From: Macrostomum lignano
Taxonomy: Eukaryota
Length of the DNA stretch: 64,000 nt
Assembly (NCBI GenBank): GCA_002269645.1
Contig: NIVC01001081.1
Coordinates: 298,436 to 362,435, forward strand
Direction of reading: 5' to 3'
Position numbers and translations under genes: made by a program
The notes under the pieces: model-generated
The model's input: only the letters and a program-made list of their open reading frames with translations
The model's database searches: none
Told to the model about the DNA's origin: nothing
In this document: positions 1 to 10,303 of the stretch, one piece after another
Layout: every line of letters begins with the position of its first letter
Numbering within the stretch: the first letter of the stretch is position 1

Positions 1-2302
1 CGGTCACACGCTGTCGGCTGCTGGCATCAGTACCGATGAGGAGAAAGTTCAAGAAGTGAAGAACTGGCCAACACCGCGATCCTCGACGGAGCTGCATTCA
101 TTCTTGGGCCTGTGTGGCTATTACAGAAAGTTTATTAAAGATTTCGCCGCAATAGCAGCGCCTCTAACTCGATTGACAACAAAAGACGCAAAGTTTGAAT
201 GGAAAACGGAACAGCAGCTGGCGTTCGAAACATTGAAGGAACGAATGACAAGTTCAGAGGTTATGGCTCATCCGGATTTCTCCCCGGATGCCGGAGAGTT
301 TATCCTCGATACTGATGGCAGTTCGAAGATGGGCATAGGAGCGGTACTTTCTCAAGTCCAGCCAGATGGAGCAGAACGAGTGATCGCCTATGGGTCCAAG
401 ACACTAAATCAAGCCGAACGCAACTATTGTACGACTCGTTTAGAACTACTAGCGGTTGTGACTTTCATCATGAAGTTCAGATACTATCTGCTTGGAAAAG
501 CGTTCTGTCTGCGAACGGACCACAGCAGCCTGCAATGGTTAAAAAACTTCAGTGACGCCGAGGGACAGGTTGCTCGCTGGTTGGAGAAGTTGGCTCCATT
601 TCAGTACCGCATCGTTCACAGACCAGGTCGATCGCATGGCAACGCGGACGCAATGTCGAGGAAGCCAGTACGGAGACATTTCGGAGCGGAGACATGCCCG
701 GCATGTGCGCAGCATCCAGAAGGACTAAATGCAGTCGAATTTGAACGATTCTCAGCCGGCAATCTGGCAAGCGAGCAGGATCAAGACGACGATTTGAGAA
801 CAGTAAAGGAAGCGCTTGGCTCAAACCCAGTTCCAGATAAAAGCGAGACAGCTTGGAGTCCACTGGCTAGAGCCGTCTGGACTCGAAAAGACGACCTGGT
901 GCTGCAAGAGAACGTGCTCCTTGTGAGAAACAAAGACAGGCGCGATGAGTATCAAATGGTGCTGCCACGAAAGGCATTGGATCGTATCTTGAAAACCCTA
1001 CACGAGGGAGTGGGAGGTGGCCACATGGGCTTTGCGAAGACAAAATTTAAAGTGCTTCAGCGCTACTGGCGTCCAGGATTGTCTCGTGCCATTGAAGAAT
1101 ATATTCGCGGTTGTGCCACCTGCTGCAAGTCAAAGCCGGGCAAGCGAAACCGAGCACCCCTGCAACCGTTGACATTCGCAGCACCATTCGATTGCGTCAT
1201 GATGGACATTGTCGGGCCGCTACCGCGGAGTAAGGCTGGAAACATTTATCTCCTGACAGTCCAAGATTCGTTTACGAAGTGGCCTGACGCGTACCCGCTT
1301 CGCAACCAGAAGGCAAGGACGGTGGCAAGGGCGCTTTTCAATCGATGGATTAGCCAGCATGGATGTCCGAGTACTTTGCACAGTGACCAAGGAAGGAACT
1401 TCGAATCGCAAGTGATGCGCGAAATGTGCAGGATACTCGAGATCCGCAAGTCCAGAACCACAGCTTATCATCCGAGCGGAAATGGACAAGTAGAAAACTT
1501 CAATAAAAGTTTAAAATCCATCCTCAAGTGCTGCCTAGAGGACTCAGGACGAAACGACTGGGAAGAATTCGTCAGCTCTGCGTTAATGGCGTACCGATCA
1601 AGCGTGCATCGAGCAACGGGTTATACTCCCCACTACATGGTCTATGGCACGGAGATGCGCCTACCGATAGACTTGACTGACCAGCCGCCACAGCCTGTCG
1701 ATTCGCATGTAAATTTCGTCAAGGAGCTAGAAGACAAATTGCAGACAGCTCATCGCGCTGCTCGACAGCAGTTGAATACTTATCAGCGGCGACAGAAGGA
1801 CCAGTACGATAAAAGAACCCGAGGATCCGATATTCAGGAGGGTGACCATGTCTTCGTCTACAGCCCCGCCCTGAAACCAGACGAAGCCGCAAAGTTTCAC
1901 GTAAGCTGGCTCGGCCCAGTGAAGGTGCTCGAAAGAAGATCCGAGGTGCTCTTCAAAGTGGAAAACCCGTCAAATCGTAAAAAGTCGAAGTTCGTCCACT
2001 TCAACAACCTCCGGAAGTTCGCTCGACCGGCCGCCCTGGAAACACCAGTTAGGACCGCGGCACCGCCGGAGGTGGTCGACGAGACGGACTCGGAGACAGA
2101 GGCGGAATGCGAGACTTGGACTCGGCCTCAACTGATGCCGCCACAGGACGCCGAGGAAGTCGCCGAGGTGCTGGAAGAGCAGATGGAGTTGGTTGACGAC
2201 CCGCAGCCTACTCATAACCCGGTGGAAGCTGCACCTGAGCCTCGAAGGTCCGGAAGGTTGCGACGGCCGCCGGATCGCTACGGCCAGCCAGTGACATTCT
2301 AA
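1..2302 (+). CDS. pol: Ty3/Gypsy pol, 3' part (RT C-terminus, RNase H, integrase); 5'-truncated by the window edge
   Basis: WPTPRS..LHSFLGLCGYYRKFI (RT thumb), FILDTDGS..GIGAVLSQ and TDHSSLQWL (RNase H), H-x6-H..CATC zinc finger, MDIVG/SDQGRNF/VEN DDE integrase core; frame open upstream of the ORF-track start. Confidence 0.97.
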   Translation, partial: GHTLSAAGISTDEEKVQEVKNWPTPRSSTELHSFLGLCGYYRKFIKDFAAIAAPLTRLTTKDAKFEWKTEQQLAFETLKERMTSSEVMAHPDFSPDAGEFILDTDGSSKMGIGAVLSQVQPDGAERVIAYGSKTLNQAERNYCTTRLELLAVVTFIMKFRYYLLGKAFCLRTDHSSLQWLKNFSDAEGQVARWLEKLAPFQYRIVHRPGRSHGNADAMSRKPVRRHFGAETCPACAQHPEGLNAVEFERFSAGNLASEQDQDDDLRTVKEALGSNPVPDKSETAWSPLARAVWTRKDDLVLQENVLLVRNKDRRDEYQMVLPRKALDRILKTLHEGVGGGHMGFAKTKFKVLQRYWRPGLSRAIEEYIRGCATCCKSKPGKRNRAPLQPLTFAAPFDCVMMDIVGPLPRSKAGNIYLLTVQDSFTKWPDAYPLRNQKARTVARALFNRWISQHGCPSTLHSDQGRNFESQVMREMCRILEIRKSRTTAYHPSGNGQVENFNKSLKSILKCCLEDSGRNDWEEFVSSALMAYRSSVHRATGYTPHYMVYGTEMRLPIDLTDQPPQPVDSHVNFVKELEDKLQTAHRAARQQLNTYQRRQKDQYDKRTRGSDIQEGDHVFVYSPALKPDEAAKFHVSWLGPVKVLERRSEVLFKVENPSNRKKSKFVHFNNLRKFARPAALETPVRTAAPPEVVDETDSETEAECETWTRPQLMPPQDAEEVAEVLEEQMELVDDPQPTHNPVEAAPEPRRSGRLRRPPDRYGQPVTF

Positions 2303-2725
2303 TGGGTTACTCGTCATCGTGAAGTCTCATCAGTTTCATATGCGATTATCGTTAAAAGCCAGAAAAATATTTCGCGAATGCGTCATTCATCATAAATACG
2401 AGTACTTCATCAATGCACCATTCATCATGAGTACGAGCAGTTCGCCAATGCGTCATTCAAGAAATTCGTTAATGCGTCATTAAGTCATTTTAATCGCATC
2501 TTCATCGAAGTTTTGACGAGAATCAAATTTTGCCTACAAAATCTATGCATCGGTGGAGGGTATTCGGACTGGCATCCGGTGACAACTCGAATTTGCGCTG
2601 GGACTTTACGATGCAGGGTACCGCGGGCCACGGTCCGAGGAGATGACGCTCTGGCAAGAGGGGAGCAGGAGTAGAATCTGGAGTCAGGGACAGTGTGTCG
2701 CAGGTTTGAGTACGTTGCTTTGCAG

Positions 2726-3760
2726 ATGGATTTGTACGCTGTCCTCCAAGTCGGACACACAGCAGAACGTGCCGAGATCAGGCGAGTCTATCGACAGCTA
2801 GCGCTCTTCTGGCACCCGGACAAGCACCCGGACAAGGAACTCGCAGGACGCCGTTTCCAAGAAATTGAGACTGCTGGTAGAATTCTATCGTGTCCATATC
2901 GCCGAGCGATGTACGACCAGTTGGGCGATAAATCAATCCCGTATGACGAGGCTGTAACCTTCGCAATGACGTTCATACCTCCTACTAGTGTAAGAATGCC
3001 GGCGGACATCGAAGAGGGAGTACAGCAAAGGCGAGAAGTTGAAGAAGCTCAGCGCAAGGAAGCTGGTCTCAGGCAGGGGAGACAGGGACAGAGGAACGAT
3101 TACGAAGCGGATGGCTACATTCTAATCTCGGACGACGATGAGAGCGAGGAGTCGGATGAGTGTAGCATCGACACAGAAGAAGAAGACGAGTTGCTGGCAT
3201 CGGATGGCTCCTCCGGAAGTAGTGAGTCAGAAGCTATGGAGATCGATGTACCGGAAAGCAAGGAGGTTGTCTCACATCGCGCGTCGGGAGCAATATGGGA
3301 TGATGAAAAGCTGTCGTTATCGGCAGCTGCGCGTCAGCTCCGCCATCGTTTGATGAAGCATATTTTGGCTGGACAGTCGGACGGAATCGTGTCAGTGCTC
3401 ACGGCTATGAGACGGCTGTTTCGAGACTCGCAGCGAGAACCGAGGAGCGCACTGTCAATGGTCCTGCTGCAGGCGTTGTTCTTCATCCGCAGAGATATCG
3501 CTCCGGTAAAGCGTCAGAGAGCAGGCCGCCGTTACTGGTCTAGGCAGAGTTTTGATTGTTTCGTCCGACAGCTCTGTCACGAGCTCATCCCGCTGTTCGG
3601 TTTGCGCCGGCCCGGCAGGCTGCTCGAGGTCCTGAAAAGCTGCGTCGGTCTCCCTGGACTTCGGGTTCGCTGGGTGCCCAGTTCCGATTCATACTGTATT
3701 TTCTGCTTACTTGTATGTATGTTGTTACGCTCGTACTGTATGGGTTTATTTGCATGCTAG
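2726..3760 (+). CDS. J-domain (DnaJ/Hsp40-type) accessory protein inside the Gypsy element, 344 aa
   Basis: N-terminal DLYAVLQV..AEIRRVYRQLALFWHPDKHP..RRFQEIETAGRILSCPYRRAMYDQLG is a J-domain with intact HPD; then an acidic linker and an unrecognised helical C-terminal region; ATG at 2726 directly follows a TTGCTTTGCAG acceptor-like site. Confidence 0.9.
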   Translation: MDLYAVLQVGHTAERAEIRRVYRQLALFWHPDKHPDKELAGRRFQEIETAGRILSCPYRRAMYDQLGDKSIPYDEAVTFAMTFIPPTSVRMPADIEEGVQQRREVEEAQRKEAGLRQGRQGQRNDYEADGYILISDDDESEESDECSIDTEEEDELLASDGSSGSSESEAMEIDVPESKEVVSHRASGAIWDDEKLSLSAAARQLRHRLMKHILAGQSDGIVSVLTAMRRLFRDSQREPRSALSMVLLQALFFIRRDIAPVKRQRAGRRYWSRQSFDCFVRQLCHELIPLFGLRRPGRLLEVLKSCVGLPGLRVRWVPSSDSYCIFCLLVCMLLRSYCMGLFAC

Positions 3761-3784
3761 TGGGGTCAAGCTTCCTGGGGGAAT

Positions 3785-4235
3785 GGCTCAGCAGCTGTGC
3801 GGCGGCCACGTGCGCTTCCTGCCGGCTTCTGCGGCGGCCACGCGCGCTTCCTGCCGGCTTCTGCGGCGGCCACGTGCGCTTCCTGCCGGCTTCTGCGGCG
3901 GCCACGTGCGCTTCCTGCCGGCTTCTGCGGCGGCCACGTGCGCTTCCCGCCCGGCCATCTGCGCGCCTCGCCCGGCCGCCTTCGCGTCTTGCCGGCCACC
4001 TGCGTGCCCTGTCGGCCATCTGCGCGTCCTGTCGGCAACCTGCGTGCCCTGTCGGCCATCTGCGCGTCCTGTCGGCAACCTGCGCTTCCTGCCCGGCCAT
4101 CTGCGCGTCCTGTCGGCAACCTGCGCTTCCCGCCCGGCCATCTGCGCTTCCTGCCGGCCACCTGCGTGTCCTGTCGGCAACTTGCGCGTCCCGCCCGGCC
4201 ATCTGCTCGTCCTGCCGGCCGCCTGCGATGGTTTT
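3785..4235. repeat. GC-rich degenerate tandem repeat (about 32-bp units at the start) in the element's 3' UTR
   Basis: Repeated GCGGCGGCCACGTGCGCTTCCTGCCGGCTTCT, decaying into CCATCTGCGCGTCCTGTCGGCAAC variants. Confidence 0.85.
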
Positions 4236-4470
4236 CTGTGCCGCCAGCTTTGAAAGCCTATTCCGTGCCCCGTGGTTGCTCCTGACGAACTCGCGTGCAG
4301 AATACTAGTACCTTTTTCATATTTCTCTTGCGGCAACCTTTTTTTTTGCTTTTCCCTGTTGCATTAGTTTGTTCCCAATTTTTTTGTTGTTTTTGATTTT
4401 TTTTGCTTTGTTATTTAAAAAAATTGGAATCCCAGTCGCCGTGGTTCGAGCTCCGCCCTGTTTTTTTTGT

Positions 4471-4482
4471 AGGAGGGGAGGG
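4471..4482 (+). other. Polypurine tract (PPT) of the first Gypsy element
   Basis: AGGAGGGGAGGG immediately followed by TGTAG. Confidence 0.75.
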
Positions 4483-5352
4483 TGTAGTGCATGCGCCCTT
4501 GTCAGTTGGCAGGGCGCGTTGCACTTTGGGGCTGGTTGGGGGGGGGGGGTGGGCGGGCGTGGCAGGGTCTGGCCCCGGCCGGGCTTTGCGCGTGCCCCTC
4601 CCCAGCCGTGCCCCTGCCCCGTGCTCAGGGCTGGTTGGCTGCGGCCGGGCCAGCTTTGGCGCGGGTGCAGCCCCTCCCCCTTAGGCGGGGTTTTGATTGG
4701 CTGGGCCGGCGTGGTTTGTTTTGGTGAGCTTAGCCGGTGGGGCCGTCTGCCCCAGGGTTTGGGTGCTATTTATGGTGCGACTCTGGCTCTTGCCCGCCTC
4801 CTGCGTGCTTTTTGTGTTTTGGTGTGCTCCGAGAGTGCAAGCGCGAGACCTGATAAAAGAAACAGCAACATTAGCTACTTGGATAAAAGAAACACAATAG
4901 CCTAATTGAGAAGAGTCTTGGAGAATTAAGAAGAAGTCGGAAACTGCGCTTGAGACCTGCGAATAATAAACGGTGAACAGTCATCTGGCCACTGGTAAGC
5001 CGCCTGCTGTTTGAGTCCTTTCTTTCCGGGAAGCTTGCTAGGCCGAATTCTTGCCAGAGCGTCATAACGCCGGGAGACCATATAGCTTCTGTAGTACGGT
5101 ACCGTTTACCATATATATTGCGTACGCCTTACGGTATAGAGAATAGAAGCACTCGAGAGTGTCACCACACCTCAAGCCGCAGCGTGAACTCTGAGTGTCA
5201 CAACACCAGAGGGATCGAATTATTATCGCAGAGCGTCGCCACGCCTGCTCGTCGTATTCATAAAAGTACAGACAGAGCGTCACAACGCCTGTTATTTCAC
5301 ATATAATATATATTGTACTCGGGACTGGGCACCCAAGCCGACCCGGGTTACA
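4483..5352 (+). mobile_element. 3' LTR (about 870 bp) of the J-domain Gypsy element
   Basis: Starts TGTA right after the PPT and ends TACA (5352; alternative end AACA 5355) just before an unrelated satellite; the partner LTR is outside the window. Confidence 0.7.
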
Positions 5353-5355
5353 ACA

Positions 5356-6701
5356 GATTGTTGCTGTTGGATTGTCACTGCTGTTGGATTGTCACTGTTG
5401 GATTGTTGCTGTTGGATTGTCACTGTTGGATTGTCACTGTTGGATTGTCACTGTTGGATTGTCACTGATGGATTGTCACTGTTGGATTGTTGCTGTTGGA
5501 TTGTCACTGTTGGATTGTCACTGTTAGATTGTCACTGTTGGATTGTCACTGTTGGATTGTCACTGTTGGATTGTCACTGTTGGATTGTCACTGTTGGATT
5601 GTCACTGTTGGATTGTCACTGTTGGATTGTCACTGCTGTTGGATTGTCACTGTTGGGTTGTCACTGTTGGATTGTTGCTGTTGGATTGTCACTGCTGTTG
5701 GATTGTCACTGTTGGATTGTTGCTGTTGGATTGTCCCTGTTGGATTGTCACTGTTGGATTGTCGCTGTTGGATTGTCACTGTTGGATTGTCACTGTTGGA
5801 TTGTTGCTGTTGGATTGTCACTGTTGGATTGACACTGTTGTATTGTCACTGTTGGATTGTCACTGTTGGATTGTCACTGTTGGATTGTTGCTGTTGGATT
5901 GTCACTGTTGGATTGACACTGTTGTATTGTCACTGTTGGATTGTCACTGTTGGGTTGTCACTGTTGGATTGTTGCTGTTGGATTGTCACTGTTGGCTTGT
6001 CACTGATGGATTGTCACAGAAGGATTGTTGCTGTTGGATTGTCACTGTTGTATTGTCACTGTTGGATTGTCACTGCTGTTGGATTGTCACTGTTGGATTG
6101 TTGCTGTTGGATTGTCACTGTTGTATTGTCACTGTTGGATTGTTGCTGTTGGATTGTCACTGCTGTTGGATTGTCACTGTTGGATTGTTGCTGTTGGATT
6201 GTCACTGTTGGATTGTCACTGTTGGATTGTTGCTGTTGGATTGTCACTGTTGGATTGTCACTGTTGGATTGTCACTGTTGGCTTGTCACTGTTGGCTTGT
6301 CACTGATGGATTGTCACTGATGGATTTTTGCTGTTGGATTGTTGCTGTTGGATTGTCACTGCTGTTGGATTGTCACTGTTAGATTGTCACTGTTGGATTG
6401 TCACTGATGGATTGTCACTGCTGGATTGTCACTGTTGGATTGTCACTGTTGGATTGTCACTGATGGATTGTCACTGCTGGATTGTCACTGTTGGATTGTC
6501 ACTGTTGGATTGTCATTGTTGGCTTGTCACTGTTGGATTGTCACTTGATGGATTGTCACTGTTGGATTGTCACTGATGGCTTGTCACTGTTAGATTGTCA
6601 CTGTTGGCTTGTCACAGTTGGATTGTCACTGATGGCTTGTCACTGATGGCTTGTCACTGTTGGATTGTCACTGATGGCTTGTCACTGATGGCTTGTCACT
6701 G
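5356..6701. repeat. 14-bp minisatellite (GGATTGTCACTGTT)n
   Basis: Directly visible tandem array with variants; explains the Cys/Leu-repeat spurious ORFs. Confidence 0.97.
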
Positions 6702-7346
6702 CGGTCAATACAGCTGAGCTAAATGTTTATTTTGGCTTTATTTTGCTTCAATCAGCTACTGCTGGCTGTGGTCCTGCATGAAGCAGCATAATATTCCTCG
6801 AGTCGGAACATTACTGAGCGAGCCGTGCCATGCCGATGTTCGGTGTATAAACATTCGCATGCATTGAAGGCGAATTCAAGTGCAGCGTGCACTGCAGTCT
6901 GCTGGGATGCATTTGTGCCTCCGCAGATCAGCGTATTATAGCAATATTTTGTCAGCCCCCAAGCCCGTGCGGACGAAAAAGGCAATTAATTTGATTTTCT
7001 GTTTCCAGTTGCAGAAATCCGAACCGAGGCGGCCCTGCATTTGCGGGGGCGCCGGCCTCCACCTTGTGCAGTGGCTTTGCTTTCCCTTATTTTGTTTGCG
7101 CGGCATTGGCGGCGTGCGGGCGAAATCTGAAGACGACCGCGAGTTGAAGGGATAAGTGTGACAGGAGCGAATGGGATCTGGTAATGGGATATGTTTAACG
7201 ATTGGTCAGAACAATTAGAGTTTCACAAAACTTTCTTGGCAGAGGGAGTGCAAAGTTGCAACGATTTTGCAAATGTACTTTCCTCTTGTGTGTAAATGCA
7301 ACATCTTGATTTTTTGTTGCTTTTGTTGTTTAAATGATTGGCGATG

Positions 7347-7612
7347 CGTGTCTAACAGTTGCTGAATGTCGTGTCTAACAGTTGCTGAATGTCGTGTCTA
7401 ACAGCTGCTGAATGTCGTGTCTAACAGTTGTTTAATGTCGTGTCTAACAGTTGCTTAATGTCGTGTCTAACAGTTGCTTTAATGTCGTGTCTAACAGTTG
7501 CTTAATGTCGTGTCTAACAGTTGCTTAATGTCGTGTCTAACAGTTGCTTAATGTCGTGTCTAACAGTTGCTTAATGTCGTGTCTAACAGTTGCTTTAATG
7601 TCGTGTCTAACA
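7347..7612. repeat. 23-bp minisatellite (TGTCGTGTCTAACAGTTGCTTAA)n, about 12 copies
   Basis: Direct tandem repeats. Confidence 0.95.
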
Positions 7613-8128
7613 GAGGATCATGGCTGTGTCTAACAGGTGATGATTTTGGTGTCTCAAAAACAGGGTACTGCTTATGCCGAACAGGAAATGTGGGTGTCGC
7701 GTTCTGAAAGAGACGGTTGTGGCAGCCGACAGCCTTACAGCTCAGCTGCCTGCACCAACAGGTTTGACAGTTCGAGAAAACCGACTTCACCCAACTTCCA
7801 CAGAGAGTATCCAGGCTGACTCGTGAGTACAAAATGGAGTTTTCTTGTTTTCTTTGAGTAAATAGGAGGCCCTATTGTAGCACGCTGAGCTTGAGCAGTC
7901 AATGCTGGTCTTGAGCACACTTATCCACTCCAGGATGCGGAGTGACAGTTGAGCAGAGTCAACAATTGCAATGTTTACCACATTTGCAGTTCCCAATACC
8001 GAAACAGTTAAAGATTAACCGGTATCTACCTGGCGTAACGACTAGACTAGCAATCCATCCTATTCTTGATCTATCATTCTTCTTATTCTTCCTATTTCTT
8101 CCTTTCTTCCTAGAGTTCATCTCCCCAT

Positions 8129-9627
8129 CCACCGCAGAACTGCACTCCGCCATAGACAATGAAGCCAGCTAGTTGGAGACTCCCCATCCGCCACAGAACT
8201 GCACTCGGCCATAGACAATGAAGCCAGCTAGTTGGAGACTCCCCATCCGCCACAGAACTGCACTCGGCCATAGACAATGAAGCCAGCTAGTTGGAGACTC
8301 CCCATCCGCCACAGAACTGCACTCGGCCATAGACAATGAAGCCAGCCAGTTGGAGACTCCCCATCCGCCACAGAACTGCACTCGGCCATAGACAATGAAG
8401 CCAGCTAGTTGGAGACTCCCCATCCGCCACAGAACTGCACTCGGCCATGGACAATGAAGCCAGTCAGTTGGAGACTCCCCATCCGCCACAGAACTGCACT
8501 CGGCCATAGACAATGAAGCCAGTCAGTTGGAGACTCCCCATCCGTCACAGAACTGCACTCGGCCATAGACAATGAAGCCAGTCAGTTGGAGACTCCCCAT
8601 CCGCCACAGAACTGCACTCGGCCATAGACAATGAAGCCAGCTAGTTGGAGACTCCCCATCCGCCACAGAACTGCACTCGGCCATAGACAATGAAATCAGC
8701 CAGTTGGAGACTCCCCATCCGCCACAGAACTGCACTCGGCCATAGACAATGAAGCCAGTCAGTTGGAGACTCCCCATCCGTCACAGAACTGCACTCGGCC
8801 ATAGACAATGAAGCCAGTCAGTTGGAGACTCCCCATCCGCCACAGAACTGCACTCGGCCATAGACAATGAAGCCAGCTAGTTGGAGACTCCCCATCCGCC
8901 ACAGAACTGCACTCGGCCATAGACAATGAAATCAGCCAGTTGGAGACTCCCCATCCGCCACAGAACTGCACTCGGCCATAGACAATGAAGCCAGCCAGTT
9001 GGAGACTCCCCATCCGCCACAGAACTGCACTCGGCCATGGACAATGAAGCCAGTCAGTTGGAGACTCCCCATCCGCCACAGAACTGCACTCGGCCATAGA
9101 CAATGAAGCCAGTCAGTTGGAGACTCCCCATCCGTCACAGAACTGCACTCGGCCATAGACAATGAAGCCAGTCAGTTGGAGACTCCCCATCCGCCACAGA
9201 ACTGCACTCGGCCATAGACAATGAAGCCAGTCAGTTGGAGACTCCCCATCCGCCACAGAACTGCACTCGGCCATAGACAATGAAATCAGCCAGTTGGAGA
9301 CTCCCCATCCGCCACAGAACTGCACTCGGCCATAGACAATGAAGCCAGTCAGTTGGAGACTCCCCATCCGCCACAGAACTGCACTCGGCCATAGACAATG
9401 AAGCCAGCTAGTTGGAGACTCCCCATCCGCCACAGAACTGCACTCGGCCATAGACAATGAAATCAGCCAGTTGGAGACTCCCCATCCGCCACAGAACTGC
9501 ACTCGGCCATAGACAATGAAATCAGCCAGTTGGAGACTCCTCATCCGCCACAGAACTGCACTCGGCCATAGACAATGAAGCCAGCCAGTTGGAGACTCCC
9601 CATCCGTCACAGAACTGCACTCGGCCA
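8129..9627. repeat. 59-bp minisatellite, about 25 copies
   Basis: GACTCCCCATCCGCCACAGAACTGCACTCGGCCATAGACAATGAAGCCAGCTAGTTGGA head-to-tail, no spacers. Confidence 0.97.
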
Positions 9628-9914
9628 AGTTTCGACGTATGTTTCTGAACTGAATTAATGCGAGTGCAGGCTATAAGTACATTTGATTCTGTCTTGCCAC
9701 TGCCTTCAACGATTGCAGGGAAAGAGGATCGATATTTATTGCCTTACAAGAAGTGTCAATAAGGCTGGGAAGTTATGGCTGATTTTTTGGCCTCCAAACC
9801 GCACCCCTCCAGTCACCGGAATTTCGATCTATATTGATTTATATTCATGCCTGTGCATGCACTTTTAGCATTTGAATGAGTCCTTAGGATATTTTTCTAA
9901 GTCTTTAGAATGTG

Positions 9915-10303
9915 CACCCTCTGCGCCATGGGGGTTGGCCCTCATGGCTGTGGATCGCACTCTCTGCGCCATGGGGGTTGGCCCTCATGGCTGTGGATCG
10001 CACTCTCTGCGCCATGGGGGTTGGCCCTCATGGCTGTGGATCGCACTCTCTGCGCCATGGGGGTTGGCCCTCATGGCTGTGGATCGCACTCTCTGCGCCA
10101 TGGGGGTTGGCCCTCATGGCTGTGGATCGCACCCTCTGCGCCTTGGGGGTTGGCCCTCATGGCTGTGGATCGCACCCTCTGCGCCTTGGGGGTTGGCCCT
10201 CATGGCTGTGGATCGCACCCTCTGCGCCTTGGGGGTTGGCCCTCATGGCTGTGGATCCCACCTTCTGCGCCTTGGGGGTTGGCCCTCATGGCTGTGGATC
10301 GCA
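9915..10303. repeat. 43-bp minisatellite, about 9 copies
   Basis: CTCTGCGCCATGGGGGTTGGCCCTCATGGCTGTGGATCGCAC(T/C) tandem units. Confidence 0.95.

Noticed and set aside
2320-2340. Hammerhead ribozyme (CTGATGAG on the minus strand; also at about 57203)
   Set aside because: No stem II followed by GAAA and no cleavage triplet in suitable geometry
3556-4336. Overlapping 130-250-aa ORFs on both strands
   Set aside because: Artefacts of a GC-rich, stop-poor tandem repeat
5389-6576. Long Cys/Leu-rich ORFs
   Set aside because: Translations of the stop-free 14-bp minisatellite; the same applies to ORFs over the TCTG, GATA, 59-bp, 43-bp and intronic arrays
8129-9627. CRISPR-like array (also considered for 56408-57140 and 21649-21920)
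   Set aside because: Units are head-to-tail with no unique spacers; no cas genes; eukaryotic context
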